Shown here: one piece after another, positions 38,320 through 48,560 of the stretch
Position numbering within the stretch: position 1 is the stretch's first letter
How the letters are laid out: each line of letters opens with the position of its first letter
DNA from: Candidatus Bathyarchaeia archaeon
Lineage (GTDB): Archaea; Thermoproteota; Bathyarchaeia; Bathyarchaeales; Bathycorpusculaceae
Direction: 5' to 3'
DNA length: 64,000 nt
Assembly: GCA_050015395.1 (NCBI GenBank)
Contig: JBEKBM010000008.1
Location: forward strand, 33,244-97,243
The notes under the pieces: generated by a model
Database searches by the model: none
What the model was told of the DNA's origin: nothing
What the model saw: only the letters and a program-made list of their open reading frames with translations
Program-made: the position numbers and the translations under genes

Positions 38320-39540
38320 ATGGACCTAAAAGACTTCTATTTCAAAATGCCACTAAAAACCGAACCCATCATAGACGACACCACACTGCGTGATGGCATT
38401 CAAATGCCCGGCTTAGCGGCTGGACCAAAAGACGCCGCAAAAATAGCCCAGTTCCTAGCAGAAATCGGCGTCGAACGCATCGAACTATTCCATTATCAAG
38501 AGCCAGACAAGAAAGCAGCAAAACTTATCCAAGATTTGAACCTTGACTTGCGCGTCGCCGGCTGGTGCAGAGCATTAAAAGAGGACATTGACAGCGCCGT
38601 GGCATGCGGATTTAAAGAAGTTGGCATTTCTCACCCTGTCTCCGACTTACATTTTAAAGCTAAGTGGCCTGAAAAAAGCAGAGAGCAAATCTTAGCCAAC
38701 ATCGTTGACGCAGTTGAGTACGCGGCTAAAACCTGCGGACTGAGAACTTTCGTTCACGGCGAAGACAGCACACGCGCAGACTGGAACTTTGAGAAAAACC
38801 TAATCAACGCCGTTGCAGACGCAGGCGCGGAATGTTACCGTATCTGCGACACAGTCGGCATCGGCTTATCCGATCCAACGGCGCCTTTGCCCAGCGGTGT
38901 ACCAGCTAAAGTAGTAGCCATAAAGAAAGAAACCAGAATCGGCGCCATAGAGATTCATGCGCACGACGACTTCGGGAACGCTGTTGAAAACACGATGGCA
39001 GCAATTAAGGCAGCTTCAGGCGTATGGGACAAAGTTTACGCTAGCACCACGTATCTTGGAATCGGCGAACGCGCAGGCAACGCTGAAACCGAAAAAGTAC
39101 TTTTGAACCTGTACCTGCATTACGGCATCAAAAAGTTTGAAGGCAAAACCCAGAAGCTAAAGCAAACCGCCGACTACATTGGCAAAGCCACTGGCTACGT
39201 GGTTCCGCCTAACAAGGCAATCGTCGGCGACTACGGATTCGCACATGAGTCAGGAATCCACACGCACGGCGTCTTAGTTGACCCGTGGACGTATGAGCCT
39301 TACCCGCCTGAACTGGTCGGTAACGAGCGGCGTTTAACGATTGGGAAGCAGTCAGGAAAAGGCATAATCAAACACAAAATAACCGAGCTTGCAGGAAACA
39401 CTCCAAACGACCAAACAGTAGCCATAGTAGTGGAAAAAGTAAAAGACATCTACGCCAACGGCAGAAGAGCCTCATTGAAAGAGGAAGAATTCAAAAAAAT
39501 CCTCCGCATACTAAAAATACTCCCAGAAAACAACCACTAA
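38320..39540 (+). CDS. DRE-TIM metallolyase (homocitrate / isopropylmalate / Re-citrate synthase family) lacking the LeuA regulatory domain
   Basis: DTTLRDG.Q, EDSTRA, CDTVG, HAHDDFG, GIGERAGNA, HESGIH. Confidence 0.88.
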   Translation: MDLKDFYFKMPLKTEPIIDDTTLRDGIQMPGLAAGPKDAAKIAQFLAEIGVERIELFHYQEPDKKAAKLIQDLNLDLRVAGWCRALKEDIDSAVACGFKEVGISHPVSDLHFKAKWPEKSREQILANIVDAVEYAAKTCGLRTFVHGEDSTRADWNFEKNLINAVADAGAECYRICDTVGIGLSDPTAPLPSGVPAKVVAIKKETRIGAIEIHAHDDFGNAVENTMAAIKAASGVWDKVYASTTYLGIGERAGNAETEKVLLNLYLHYGIKKFEGKTQKLKQTADYIGKATGYVVPPNKAIVGDYGFAHESGIHTHGVLVDPWTYEPYPPELVGNERRLTIGKQSGKGIIKHKITELAGNTPNDQTVAIVVEKVKDIYANGRRASLKEEEFKKILRILKILPENNH

Positions 39541-39591
39541 ATTCAATTACTAACATTTAGCCTAAAAATCTAACAAAAATAAAAAAGGAAT

Positions 39592-40560
39592 TTAGCTGCT
39601 TGACTCGCACTTTTGCAGAAGCCGTTCCCAACGTTCATCAGTGAAACGTTGCATCTCATCCAGCACATGCTTATTTTGCGGAGTAAACAAGTGCCTGAAC
39701 CTGCCTTGGCCAGCAAGGTAATCTTTAACTGGCTTCTTCTTTTGCGGTGCCAAAGCAATCAGTTTGCTCGGCGTTGAAAGTTGCCGTTTGCCGTTCACTG
39801 CTTCCCAAATTGGGAACACGCATGATTCCACCGCCAACTTCGAGTACTCCATGGTTTTGCCTGGTTCACAACGCCAACCCCTTGGACAAGGGGCAAATAT
39901 GTGCAGAAACGCTGGTCCATTTACTTCTAAGCCCTTGCGGACTTTGGTTAGCATGTCTTTCCAGTAGTATGGTGTTGCAGTAGCCACATACTCCATGTCA
40001 TGTGCCAACATGATTTCGGTGATTGGTTTTTTCTTCTCAAGTTTGCCTGGAATTACTGAGCCAGCTGGAGTAGTTGTTGTTGCTGCGCCAGTCGGTGTTG
40101 AGCTGCTTCTTTGTATTCCAGTGTTCATGTAACCCTCGTTATCATAGAGGATAAACAGGAAGTCATGTCCACGTTCAACAGCGCCAGACAAAGCTTGCAA
40201 GCCAATATCACAGGTTCCGCCGTCACCAGCCAACGCAATAATATCAATGTGCTCCTGTTTCACCTTGCCCTTCTTGCGCATAGCTTTCAACGCAGCATCG
40301 ATGCCTGAAGCATTCGCAGCAGCATTCTCAAAAGCCGTGTGCAGCCATGGCAACGCCCAAGACGTGTACGGGTAAACTGACCCGACTATTTCCATGCAAC
40401 CCGTTGCTTGAGTCACAATTGTTGGTCCACGAGTGGCTTTCATTATCAAACGCAGCGCTGCTGCTGGTCCGCAACCTGCACATGCCCTGTGACCTGAAAG
40501 AAATAGGTCTGGTTTAGATGCAATATCTTTTGCTGTGAATTTCCATTCTTGAGTTGTCAA
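39592..40560 (-). CDS. porB: Pyruvate/2-oxoacid:ferredoxin oxidoreductase beta subunit
   Basis: GHRACAGCG, GDGG..DIG, DNEGYMNTGIQRS, PCPRGW. Confidence 0.95.
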   Translation of the reverse strand: MTTQEWKFTAKDIASKPDLFLSGHRACAGCGPAAALRLIMKATRGPTIVTQATGCMEIVGSVYPYTSWALPWLHTAFENAAANASGIDAALKAMRKKGKVKQEHIDIIALAGDGGTCDIGLQALSGAVERGHDFLFILYDNEGYMNTGIQRSSSTPTGAATTTTPAGSVIPGKLEKKKPITEIMLAHDMEYVATATPYYWKDMLTKVRKGLEVNGPAFLHIFAPCPRGWRCEPGKTMEYSKLAVESCVFPIWEAVNGKRQLSTPSKLIALAPQKKKPVKDYLAGQGRFRHLFTPQNKHVLDEMQRFTDERWERLLQKCESSS

Positions 40561-40572
40561 CTTTTTTCCTCC

Positions 40573-41805
40573 TTACTCCCTTAATCCGTAATATTGCACT
40601 TGAGTTTCCACATGTCCTGTTTTGGCGATTTGCACTATGTCTTCGAAGATTCTTCGCAGGTTACGCGGGCTCGTGTCTCTTCCGCCTAAACCGAAAATGT
40701 AATTGACGATTAGCGGATGCTCCTTTGCATCATACAGTACGTGTCGGACTTCATTGAAAACTGGACCGCCGAAGCCGCCGAAACTCATGCTTTTATCCAT
40801 AACTGCAATGGCTTTAACGTTTTTTAATGCATTTCGAAGCTCTTCGACTGGCAGCGGCCTAAACGTACGGAGTCGTAGAACCCCAGCTTTAACGCCTTCT
40901 TGCCTTAACTGGTCAACTATCACCTTTAATGTTCCAGCGGTTGAGCCAATACAAACAATTGCAACTTCAGCGTCCTCAAGCTGGTATGCATCTACAAGTC
41001 CGTTGCCGTAGCTTCTGCCGCTGATTTTAGCGTATTCACTGTTAACCTCTTGTATTTTCTTTAACGCGTTCTTCATGCCTTCTTCTTGTTGACGTTTAAA
41101 CTCGAAATAGTAGTTCTGCAATGCGTTTGGTCCCATTGTCATTGGATTATCAGGGTCAAGTTTGAAAGGAACCGTTTTTCCCTCATGAGTAAGCACGTTT
41201 GGCAATTGCCGTTCTCCAATGTACTGCTTTACTGCGTCTTCCGGAAGTACATCTACCCTTTCTAGCGTATGACTAATTGTAAATCCATCTAAACCCACAA
41301 TGATTGGCAACGAAACGCCAACATCTTCCGCTATCTTGAAAGCTTGAATAATAGAGTCATAAGCTTCCTGAGCGTTCTCAACGTAAATGTGAATCCACCC
41401 GCTGTCTCTCTCAGCCATGCTGTCCGAGTGGTCACCATGAATGTTAAGCGGCGCAGACAAAGCACGGTTAGCAACCGCCATCACAACTGGCGCTCGACAA
41501 CCAGAAGTAACAAAAAGCATCTCATGCATCAACGCTAAACCTGCAGAAGCGCTGGCAGTGAAAGTTCTTGCACCTGTAACTGAAGCGGCAAGACAAGCGG
41601 TCATCGCACTGTGCTCTGATTCAGTACAGACAAATTCTGTTTGGACCTCTCCGTTGGCGACGTATTCGCTGAATTTTTCAACTATAATTGTTTGGGGCGT
41701 AATTGGGTAAGCAGCAACTACGTCAACATCGCATTGTTTAGCTGCATAGGCAACTGCTTCATCTCCGTTTAAAGCCATAGTTTCCTGTTTAACCTGTTTT
41801 TCCAT
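40573..41805 (-). CDS. porA: Pyruvate/2-oxoacid:ferredoxin oxidoreductase alpha subunit
   Basis: AYPITPQT, ESEHSA, NRALSAP, GLGGRD. Confidence 0.95.
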   Translation of the reverse strand: MEKQVKQETMALNGDEAVAYAAKQCDVDVVAAYPITPQTIIVEKFSEYVANGEVQTEFVCTESEHSAMTACLAASVTGARTFTASASAGLALMHEMLFVTSGCRAPVVMAVANRALSAPLNIHGDHSDSMAERDSGWIHIYVENAQEAYDSIIQAFKIAEDVGVSLPIIVGLDGFTISHTLERVDVLPEDAVKQYIGERQLPNVLTHEGKTVPFKLDPDNPMTMGPNALQNYYFEFKRQQEEGMKNALKKIQEVNSEYAKISGRSYGNGLVDAYQLEDAEVAIVCIGSTAGTLKVIVDQLRQEGVKAGVLRLRTFRPLPVEELRNALKNVKAIAVMDKSMSFGGFGGPVFNEVRHVLYDAKEHPLIVNYIFGLGGRDTSPRNLRRIFEDIVQIAKTGHVETQVQYYGLRE

Positions 41806-41811
41806 GTCCTT

Positions 41812-42093
41812 TTACTCCTTTTCCATTTTCATTGTTATTGCTTTAGTTGGGCACTCGTTAGCGCATATTCCGCAGCCTTTGCAGAAGCCCATGTCAAACC
41901 AGATTTGGCCCTTGTCTGGACGCCATTTTATTGCTCCTTCAGGGCAAAACATTACGCATGTTAAGCAAAGTGTGCATTTTTCTAGGTCTCGTACTGGCAT
42001 GTAAGTTTTCCAATCACCAGTCATGAATCCAACGCTGGATTTTGAGCATACCCCAGCTATAGAGATTTCTTTCCAACTTTTTTCTTGACTCAT
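41812..42093 (-). CDS. porD: POR delta subunit (2x[4Fe-4S])
   Basis: TGDW, CTLCLTC..FCP, CKGCGICANECP. Confidence 0.93.
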   Translation of the reverse strand: MSQEKSWKEISIAGVCSKSSVGFMTGDWKTYMPVRDLEKCTLCLTCVMFCPEGAIKWRPDKGQIWFDMGFCKGCGICANECPTKAITMKMEKE

Positions 42094-42653
42094 TCTGTTT
42101 TTGCCTCCTTATACGCTTCCTTAATAATCGCAAAGTTTTTCTCTGCTAAGTCTAGTCTGAAACGTCCCTTCAACGTTTTCTCTATACCTTCTAAAGTAAC
42201 TATTCCAGTTGCCTTAGCGACACAACCCAGCATTGCCGTGTTGGTTATTGGTGCTCCCAAAATTCTTAGGGCAATTTCGGTTGCTGGAACGGTCCACACC
42301 TTGCCTTTTGCCACCTTAAGGCTTTCTTTCAGGGTAGCCGGTTCCTCGGTTGAATTAATAATTAGTATGTCTTCGTCATCGTTTAATCCAGCTGTAACTG
42401 GAACTGTTTTCAGCAGTGTGTTATCTAAAACTACAACAACATCAGGGTCGTAAATGGCGCAATGTAATCTTATTGGTTCAGTGCTTATTCTTGTAAAGGC
42501 AGTTACTGGCGCGCCCATTCGTTCAGGCCCAAATTCAGGGAATGATTGAATGTATTTGCCTTCATCAAGGGCTGTTCTTGCCAATAGTTCGCTGGCTGTC
42601 CATGCTCCTTGACCGCCTCTACCATGCCATCTAAACTCAATCATGTTTTTCAA
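42090..42653 (-). CDS. porG: POR gamma subunit
   Basis: HGRGGQG, FPEFGPERMGAP, NTAMLG. Confidence 0.93.
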   Translation of the reverse strand: MKNMIEFRWHGRGGQGAWTASELLARTALDEGKYIQSFPEFGPERMGAPVTAFTRISTEPIRLHCAIYDPDVVVVLDNTLLKTVPVTAGLNDDEDILIINSTEEPATLKESLKVAKGKVWTVPATEIALRILGAPITNTAMLGCVAKATGIVTLEGIEKTLKGRFRLDLAEKNFAIIKEAYKEAKTE

Positions 42654-43183
42654 ATAATCCTTTTCTCCGAACGTGTTTTTCTCATTAGATAGTCAAATAC
42701 CTTGATATATTTTTCTAGTAAAACTATCAAATTTCCCATTTAATGTAAAAATTGCTCTTTTTAAAGTTGACAAAGTTATCATTACAGATATGGTTAGGAC
42801 AGTTAATTAAAATTTTTGGATTTAGAGGTTAACCAAGTGAGCAATAAAGTTATATCCAACGCTTGGTGGCGACGTCTCCCGCGCAACCTTTTCCCCTCTT
42901 CTTTTTTTGATTATCACTTTTTCTTACCTAAGAGTTAGGAGAGGTCATTCATGGCTGAGTTAGGTAAGACGGTGAAGCAAGTTTACGATGCCACGCACGC
43001 ACTTAGGCATATATGGCTGATATTAATCAGTTATAAATATAAAACTATCATTCCCTCGAAAACATAACATAGTTTTTACACACTCTGCTTCAGGCTCGAA
43101 TCCAATTAGTTTTGAATTTTGATAAACGGAGTGCCACTATCGTAAAAGCTAATAATTAGTTTCAAGCTGTGTAATCAGAGAAC

Positions 43184-44071
43184 ATGATCGCTAAGATTCG
43201 AAGTTTTAAAGAATCCGATCTACCATTCCTTTTTGAACTGCTTAAAGAGCCAGATGGCGAACAAAGACTTCTCTACATGCACTATGGTGACGGCAATCTT
43301 CTTTCTTGGATTCAAGAACGTAGGCTTGAGGTTCTAATAGCTGAGGACAATTGCAGAATTATCGGGTCAGCGGCGTACAATGATGGGCATTGGGGGGAAG
43401 AAATCGAATGGCTCGTTGTTTGCAAAAACGCAGATGCAAAACTTGTTGAGGACATGCTTGTCAAAGAAGCTGAGAAGTATGTAAAGAAAGGCACGGTTTT
43501 TACCTCGGTAAACGCTGGAAGCCCAAAGATCGAAGAATGGGTGCAACGAGGGTATTGTCCGAATGGAGGACTGCATTATATGCTTACGAGACTTGCAGGG
43601 TTGAAAACCATCCCTAAAATCCCTGAGAGCATACTACTGCGAAGCCTAAAGCCAGAAGAAGAAAACGAGTTTGTTCACCTTGTCAACACTGGATTTGAGT
43701 ACGAAAGAGTCAGGCCGGGTGACATTCGAAAGTGGAAGACAGAGAACCCGCCTTTCGATGAAGAATGGATTCATGTTGCTGAGAGTAATGGAAAACTTGT
43801 TTCAGTTGTTGTCGCAAAACCTGATGTAGGCTATAACAGATTCTTCAATGCAAAAAGAGGTTATTTAGGTCCTGCAGCGACGCTCCATGAGTATCGGGGG
43901 AGGAATCTGGCGTCCGCACTCACAGTGCGTGCAATGAATTCCCTATTTGAGCAAGGAATGGACTCTGTGTGTTTATTCACTCTTGAAACCAATGTTCCGG
44001 CTATAAAATTGCTGCGAAAGATCGGTTTTGAAATTGGACATAGCTGGAAGTTCATGCATAAACATTTTTGA
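43184..44071 (+). CDS. Tandem GNAT acetyltransferase
   Basis: Two GNAT lobes; EYRGRNLA, N.PA.KL..K.GF. Confidence 0.85.
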   Translation: MIAKIRSFKESDLPFLFELLKEPDGEQRLLYMHYGDGNLLSWIQERRLEVLIAEDNCRIIGSAAYNDGHWGEEIEWLVVCKNADAKLVEDMLVKEAEKYVKKGTVFTSVNAGSPKIEEWVQRGYCPNGGLHYMLTRLAGLKTIPKIPESILLRSLKPEEENEFVHLVNTGFEYERVRPGDIRKWKTENPPFDEEWIHVAESNGKLVSVVVAKPDVGYNRFFNAKRGYLGPAATLHEYRGRNLASALTVRAMNSLFEQGMDSVCLFTLETNVPAIKLLRKIGFEIGHSWKFMHKHF

Positions 44072-44090
44072 TAGCCGGTGCTTATTTTGT

Positions 44091-44631
44091 TTAGTCTACG
44101 ATTCTCGCTCGTGAATGCTTTGCTTGCAACCCTTTTGATGAGAGCACGTTAAGAGAGCAGGATAATAATTCAAAAACCCTGTCGGGCTCGTATTCTGCGA
44201 AGAATTGCGCGATGCATGTTTCTGTGGCTGACAAGTCGCTCTCTTGCAGTTGATCTAGGCGTCGTAGAGTTGGGCGGTTGTTATTCTTTCTATGCCGAGG
44301 GTTTTGAGTATGTCGGTTTGGTTGAGCCATTCTTCCATTTTGTTTATGGAGGGTCTTTCGAGGAGTTGGGAGTAGACGAATATGAGGGTGCGGGGAGGAG
44401 CTGTTTTAGGTTGAGTTCGTTTGCTAGGTGGTCTATGATTTCGACGGCGAGGTGTCTCCTCACTTGGGTTACCGTTAGGTCTGATGTGGATACTTTTTTT
44501 ACTGCTTTGCCTTCGACTTCTTTTCCGAGGTATTTTATGACGTGTTGTCTGGGTTTTCCGTTTTCCCATTTTGATTCGACAAGTGCCAGATAGGTGCCTG
44601 AACGTTTCTTTATTTTCCTGACGAAGGGCAT
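44091..44631 (-). mobile_element. IS1634-family transposase remnant (5' portion, frameshifted and truncated)
   Basis: MPFVRKIKKRSGTYLALVESKWENGKPRQHVIKYLGK; continuation is split over frames with stops; no DDE core. Confidence 0.7.
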
Positions 44632-44853
44632 GGTGCATAATGTTTACACTACGCAAATGAAACTTTCGGCTGAAGATACGCGCTTTAGGAAAAATAACGG
44701 CAAAAACAGGAACTACGATAGCGTATAAAAACGGGTTGAAAGTTATGGAGATAAGCGCGCAGGCGGCCTTTTTTAGCACAAATGTTAAATATTGAGACGT
44801 TAAATAGTGAGGGCTAAAATAAAAAGTAACTTTCACGAGAATGGGCTGGGGAG

Positions 44854-47451
44854 ATGTTGAGAAATATGTCGAATAGAGCATTGGGGAGAACAATATGGGC
44901 AATTATAATAATAGTTATCTTAGTAGTAGCAATGGGAGCGGCAGTGATTTCTTATATAGCAACAAGGCCAATCACACAGATTTCTCTCACCACTACTACG
45001 CTGGCGACAACGCAGGGAACAGCTATTACCTTCTCAGTGCTTAATTTGGCATCAGACGGAAAAGCCACTATTTACTTCGGAGATGGGCAGTCGGCCACAG
45101 ATAGCGCGCGCTCATCTACGATGACTCATACCTATGAATATGCAGGTACATATATAGTAACGGCGCAGGAAACCGTCGGCGGCAGTACAGTATCGTCTAC
45201 GAACAGCGTTATGAAGCAGATTGAGATAACACCAACGGTGAGCTCCACCTTGGCTCCATTGATATCAATCCCTGTAATCTCCCTAAATTCAACGACGAAT
45301 CCAAACGAGCCAGTGGTGACTGCTAACACACCTGTAATTTTCAGTGGTGGTTATCTTGAAGCGCCTGCCGGCCAAAATATGATTATATCCGAGTACATTT
45401 GGGGCTTCGCCAATGGGGTTAATGATACGATACCAGCAAACAGCAACACGCTGGATCCAGCTGTAAATCCCGTTAACGCAACTTATACGCAGACAGGTCT
45501 GTATCCTGTAAGCCTGACCGTGGTAACGGAAAATTCGGTTAGCCTGCAGACCTACAATACTACCGTCGAGCGTACCGTGGCAGTGAGTTCTGCTGCTCAG
45601 CCATTTAAGCTGGCCGTTTCTGCTAGCAAAGTTTCTAACCCTGGAGTGATAAACGTAGCTGAAAACGTTCCTGGAGGTCCGTACTCATTTGACCCGCAGG
45701 TAGATTACGAAACCGTTGGCTACGAGGTAATCCTCAACACTATGGGGACGCTTCTTGTATACGACGGATCATCGACAACCCAATTCCTACCAATGTTAGC
45801 TGCATCGATCCCCACGGTTCAGAACGGCGGAATAAATGCCAACGCCACGGCGTACACGTTTACAATAAGGAGTGGCTTGAAGTTCTCCAACGGCGATCCG
45901 ATTACCGCTTACGACGTCTGGTATACGATGATCAGGAATCTGTTATTCGTGGGTGGGGCACCAGGCACACCTGATTGGATCCTAGCTCAATACTTGATTC
46001 CTGGAGCGACTATAGGAGCCTCAATAATGTCGAGCTCCTCTGATACCGCTGATTTCAACGCAATAATGAACGCAGTTACATATGATAGTAGTAGCAACAC
46101 AGTTACCTTTAACCTCACTTCGTCTGTGAGTCCGGCGCAGTTCTTCACTGCAGTTGCTTTCCCACTTGGGACTGGGATATTAGATGCAGCTTGGCTTCAG
46201 AGTGTTGGTGCCGGGATAACAATGTCGCCAGCAGGGTTCTACAGCTACCAGAATCAGGGCAATGAAGGCAGCTACAACTCAAACGTGCAGACGGACCCTG
46301 TTTCATCAGGTCCATACGAAATACAAAGCTATGTCCCAGGTCAGTCGGTAGTCTTAACCCCCAACCCAGGGTTTACAGGCGTACAAGGAATACCCGCTGT
46401 GAACGATACGATATTGATACAGTGGGTCAAGGACCCAGAAACAGCCTATCTCTTGTTCACAAGCGGACAATCTGATATCGTTACTGGGTTGCCAACGAGC
46501 TTTATGCCGCTGATCAAAAATCAGGTAGCAGCCGGACAGACCGACCTCTATCAGGTGCCATCCCTGTCGTGCTTCTTCTATGTGTTCAACATAAACGTAG
46601 ACACGTCGTTAATGAAGTCAACGTTCGGCAGCAACTTCAACATGCCTGCTAACTACTTCGCTAATACGCAAGTGAGGGAAGCGTTTACCTACGCTTTCGA
46701 CTACACCAATTACATAAATGAAATACTGGGCAACAAGGTATACGGCGAGAACTTCGGAAGCCCCTACGCAGGCGTCATAATCCCCGGCTTGCCATACTAT
46801 GTGCCGCCGAGCGAGCTCCAGAATGTTCCTACATATAACCTGACTTACGCTACGCAGCTTATGCAGCAGTCAGGAGAAGCCAACGTACCTGTCAACATAC
46901 CTATTGTAGTAGCAGCCGGCGATACGATCAACTACGCTGGCGCCGAAATGTGGGGAGCTGCTCTACACCAGATGGACCCCGACATAAGTGTGACCGTTGA
47001 ATATCAACCGTTTGCAACACAGATAGCTGAGCAAGTGCCTGGCCAGAATCCCATGCCACTATACTATCTAGGCTGGATAGCTGACTATCCGTATCCAAGC
47101 GACTTCATCAATGCCATGTATCTTGAGGGCGGCACCTATCCATCAGCGTCAGCCTTTACGACTGACTACTTAAATGCGACTGGATATCAGTCGGAGGCAA
47201 CTCAATATCAAGAGCTTAACACGTTGATTCAGGAGGCAAACGCCGCAACCAACCCGACAACGGCAGCTCAGCTCTACAAGCAGGCAGAACAGAGTGCTAT
47301 AAACCTGTACATGTACGTATATACGGTTCAGCCTAACTCCTTCTGGATAGTGAAGCCATACATGGCAGGTTACCATGGGATACAATCTCAGGAGAACTCG
47401 GAGATCGGCGGAGCTGCGGACTCGATCTTCTATTGGTGGATTAAAGGATAA
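44854..47451 (+). CDS. Peptide/nickel ABC substrate-binding protein (SBP family 5) with N-terminal TM anchor and two PKD-like domains
   Basis: IYFGDG..THTY..AGTY; YIW.F.NG..TY.QTGLY; FDPQ.DY, KFSNGDPITAYDV, SGPY, GWIADYP.P. Confidence 0.88.
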   Translation: MLRNMSNRALGRTIWAIIIIVILVVAMGAAVISYIATRPITQISLTTTTLATTQGTAITFSVLNLASDGKATIYFGDGQSATDSARSSTMTHTYEYAGTYIVTAQETVGGSTVSSTNSVMKQIEITPTVSSTLAPLISIPVISLNSTTNPNEPVVTANTPVIFSGGYLEAPAGQNMIISEYIWGFANGVNDTIPANSNTLDPAVNPVNATYTQTGLYPVSLTVVTENSVSLQTYNTTVERTVAVSSAAQPFKLAVSASKVSNPGVINVAENVPGGPYSFDPQVDYETVGYEVILNTMGTLLVYDGSSTTQFLPMLAASIPTVQNGGINANATAYTFTIRSGLKFSNGDPITAYDVWYTMIRNLLFVGGAPGTPDWILAQYLIPGATIGASIMSSSSDTADFNAIMNAVTYDSSSNTVTFNLTSSVSPAQFFTAVAFPLGTGILDAAWLQSVGAGITMSPAGFYSYQNQGNEGSYNSNVQTDPVSSGPYEIQSYVPGQSVVLTPNPGFTGVQGIPAVNDTILIQWVKDPETAYLLFTSGQSDIVTGLPTSFMPLIKNQVAAGQTDLYQVPSLSCFFYVFNINVDTSLMKSTFGSNFNMPANYFANTQVREAFTYAFDYTNYINEILGNKVYGENFGSPYAGVIIPGLPYYVPPSELQNVPTYNLTYATQLMQQSGEANVPVNIPIVVAAGDTINYAGAEMWGAALHQMDPDISVTVEYQPFATQIAEQVPGQNPMPLYYLGWIADYPYPSDFINAMYLEGGTYPSASAFTTDYLNATGYQSEATQYQELNTLIQEANAATNPTTAAQLYKQAEQSAINLYMYVYTVQPNSFWIVKPYMAGYHGIQSQENSEIGGAADSIFYWWIKG

Positions 47452-47493
47452 GCGCCTTTGTGCGCTTCACTTTTTTTCTGAGATGATTTTTCT

Positions 47494-48549
47494 ATGCGCC
47501 TTTGGGTATACGTCATTAGGCGTTTGCTGTTTCTTATTCCGACGCTGATCGGGCTTACTTTCATAGTGTTTATCCTTACCCATGTAAGTGGGACAAATGT
47601 GATATTATCCGGATATATGAACCCCAAACTGACTGGGCTTGCAAAGCAATTGCTTATTCAAAAGCTGACAAGCGAATTCCACCTTAACCAACCAATCTAT
47701 GTTCAATATTTTTACTGGTTATACCAAATACTGCGAGGCAACTGGGGCTTCACCAACACGCCTATATTCAGCGGTCAGGTAGGTACGGCCATAGCGCTCT
47801 TCCTTCCGAATACACTTATGATATCAGTGGTAGCGTCCATCCTGATATGGGTGATAGGCGTTCCCCTAGGCGTTTACTCCGCTGTCAACAGGGACTCTGC
47901 CGCTGACCACACGGTGCGCGTCGGATCCTTCACCCTGTATGCAATGCCTATATACCTTATAGGCGTCGTCCTGATCCTCCTGCTAGGCGTCTACCTAAAA
48001 GTACTTCCGTTCTCCGGCGTCGTAAACCCAGTCTCAGTTTCAGCTCTACCATGGGTTGTCAACGGAATCTCATACCCCACGCATATAATTATCATAGACG
48101 CGATCATACATAACTCATGGAGCGTAGCTGGCGATGCGTTCCTGCACCTTATCCTGCCCTCGGTCACGCTCGCACTAGCCATAGTTGCGAGCATGATCAG
48201 GATACTGAGGTCTTCAATGCTCGAAGTATTAGATCAGGATTACATCAGGCTGGCCAGGTCAAAAGGGATATCTGAACGAGCGGTAATTAACCTTCATGCG
48301 CGTAAGAACGCACTGTTGCCGGTAATTACACTTTTCGGCTATACCGTGGCCGGCCTACTAGGGGGAGCTGTAGTGGTGGAGACCATATTTAATTACCCAG
48401 GAATAGGATACTGGACTACGCAGGCCCTTCTCGCCAGCGATGTCGGAGGTATCATGGCCTCTGCGTTGCTTTTCGGTTTAATTCTTGTGTTTGCCAACCT
48501 GCTAGTAGACCTAGTATATGCGTTTATAGATCCGAGGATAAAATATTAG
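47494..48549 (+). CDS. Peptide ABC permease (DppB/OppB-like)
   Basis: YVIRRLL, R.SMLEVL.QDYIRLARSKG (EAA), VETIFNYPGIG. Confidence 0.93.
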   Translation: MRLWVYVIRRLLFLIPTLIGLTFIVFILTHVSGTNVILSGYMNPKLTGLAKQLLIQKLTSEFHLNQPIYVQYFYWLYQILRGNWGFTNTPIFSGQVGTAIALFLPNTLMISVVASILIWVIGVPLGVYSAVNRDSAADHTVRVGSFTLYAMPIYLIGVVLILLLGVYLKVLPFSGVVNPVSVSALPWVVNGISYPTHIIIIDAIIHNSWSVAGDAFLHLILPSVTLALAIVASMIRILRSSMLEVLDQDYIRLARSKGISERAVINLHARKNALLPVITLFGYTVAGLLGGAVVVETIFNYPGIGYWTTQALLASDVGGIMASALLFGLILVFANLLVDLVYAFIDPRIKY

Positions 48550-48560
48550 GAAGCAAAAAG

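Noticed and set aside
44080-44720. Terminal inverted repeats or target duplication for the IS1634 remnant
   Set aside because: No convincing pair found; the 3' part of the element is missing
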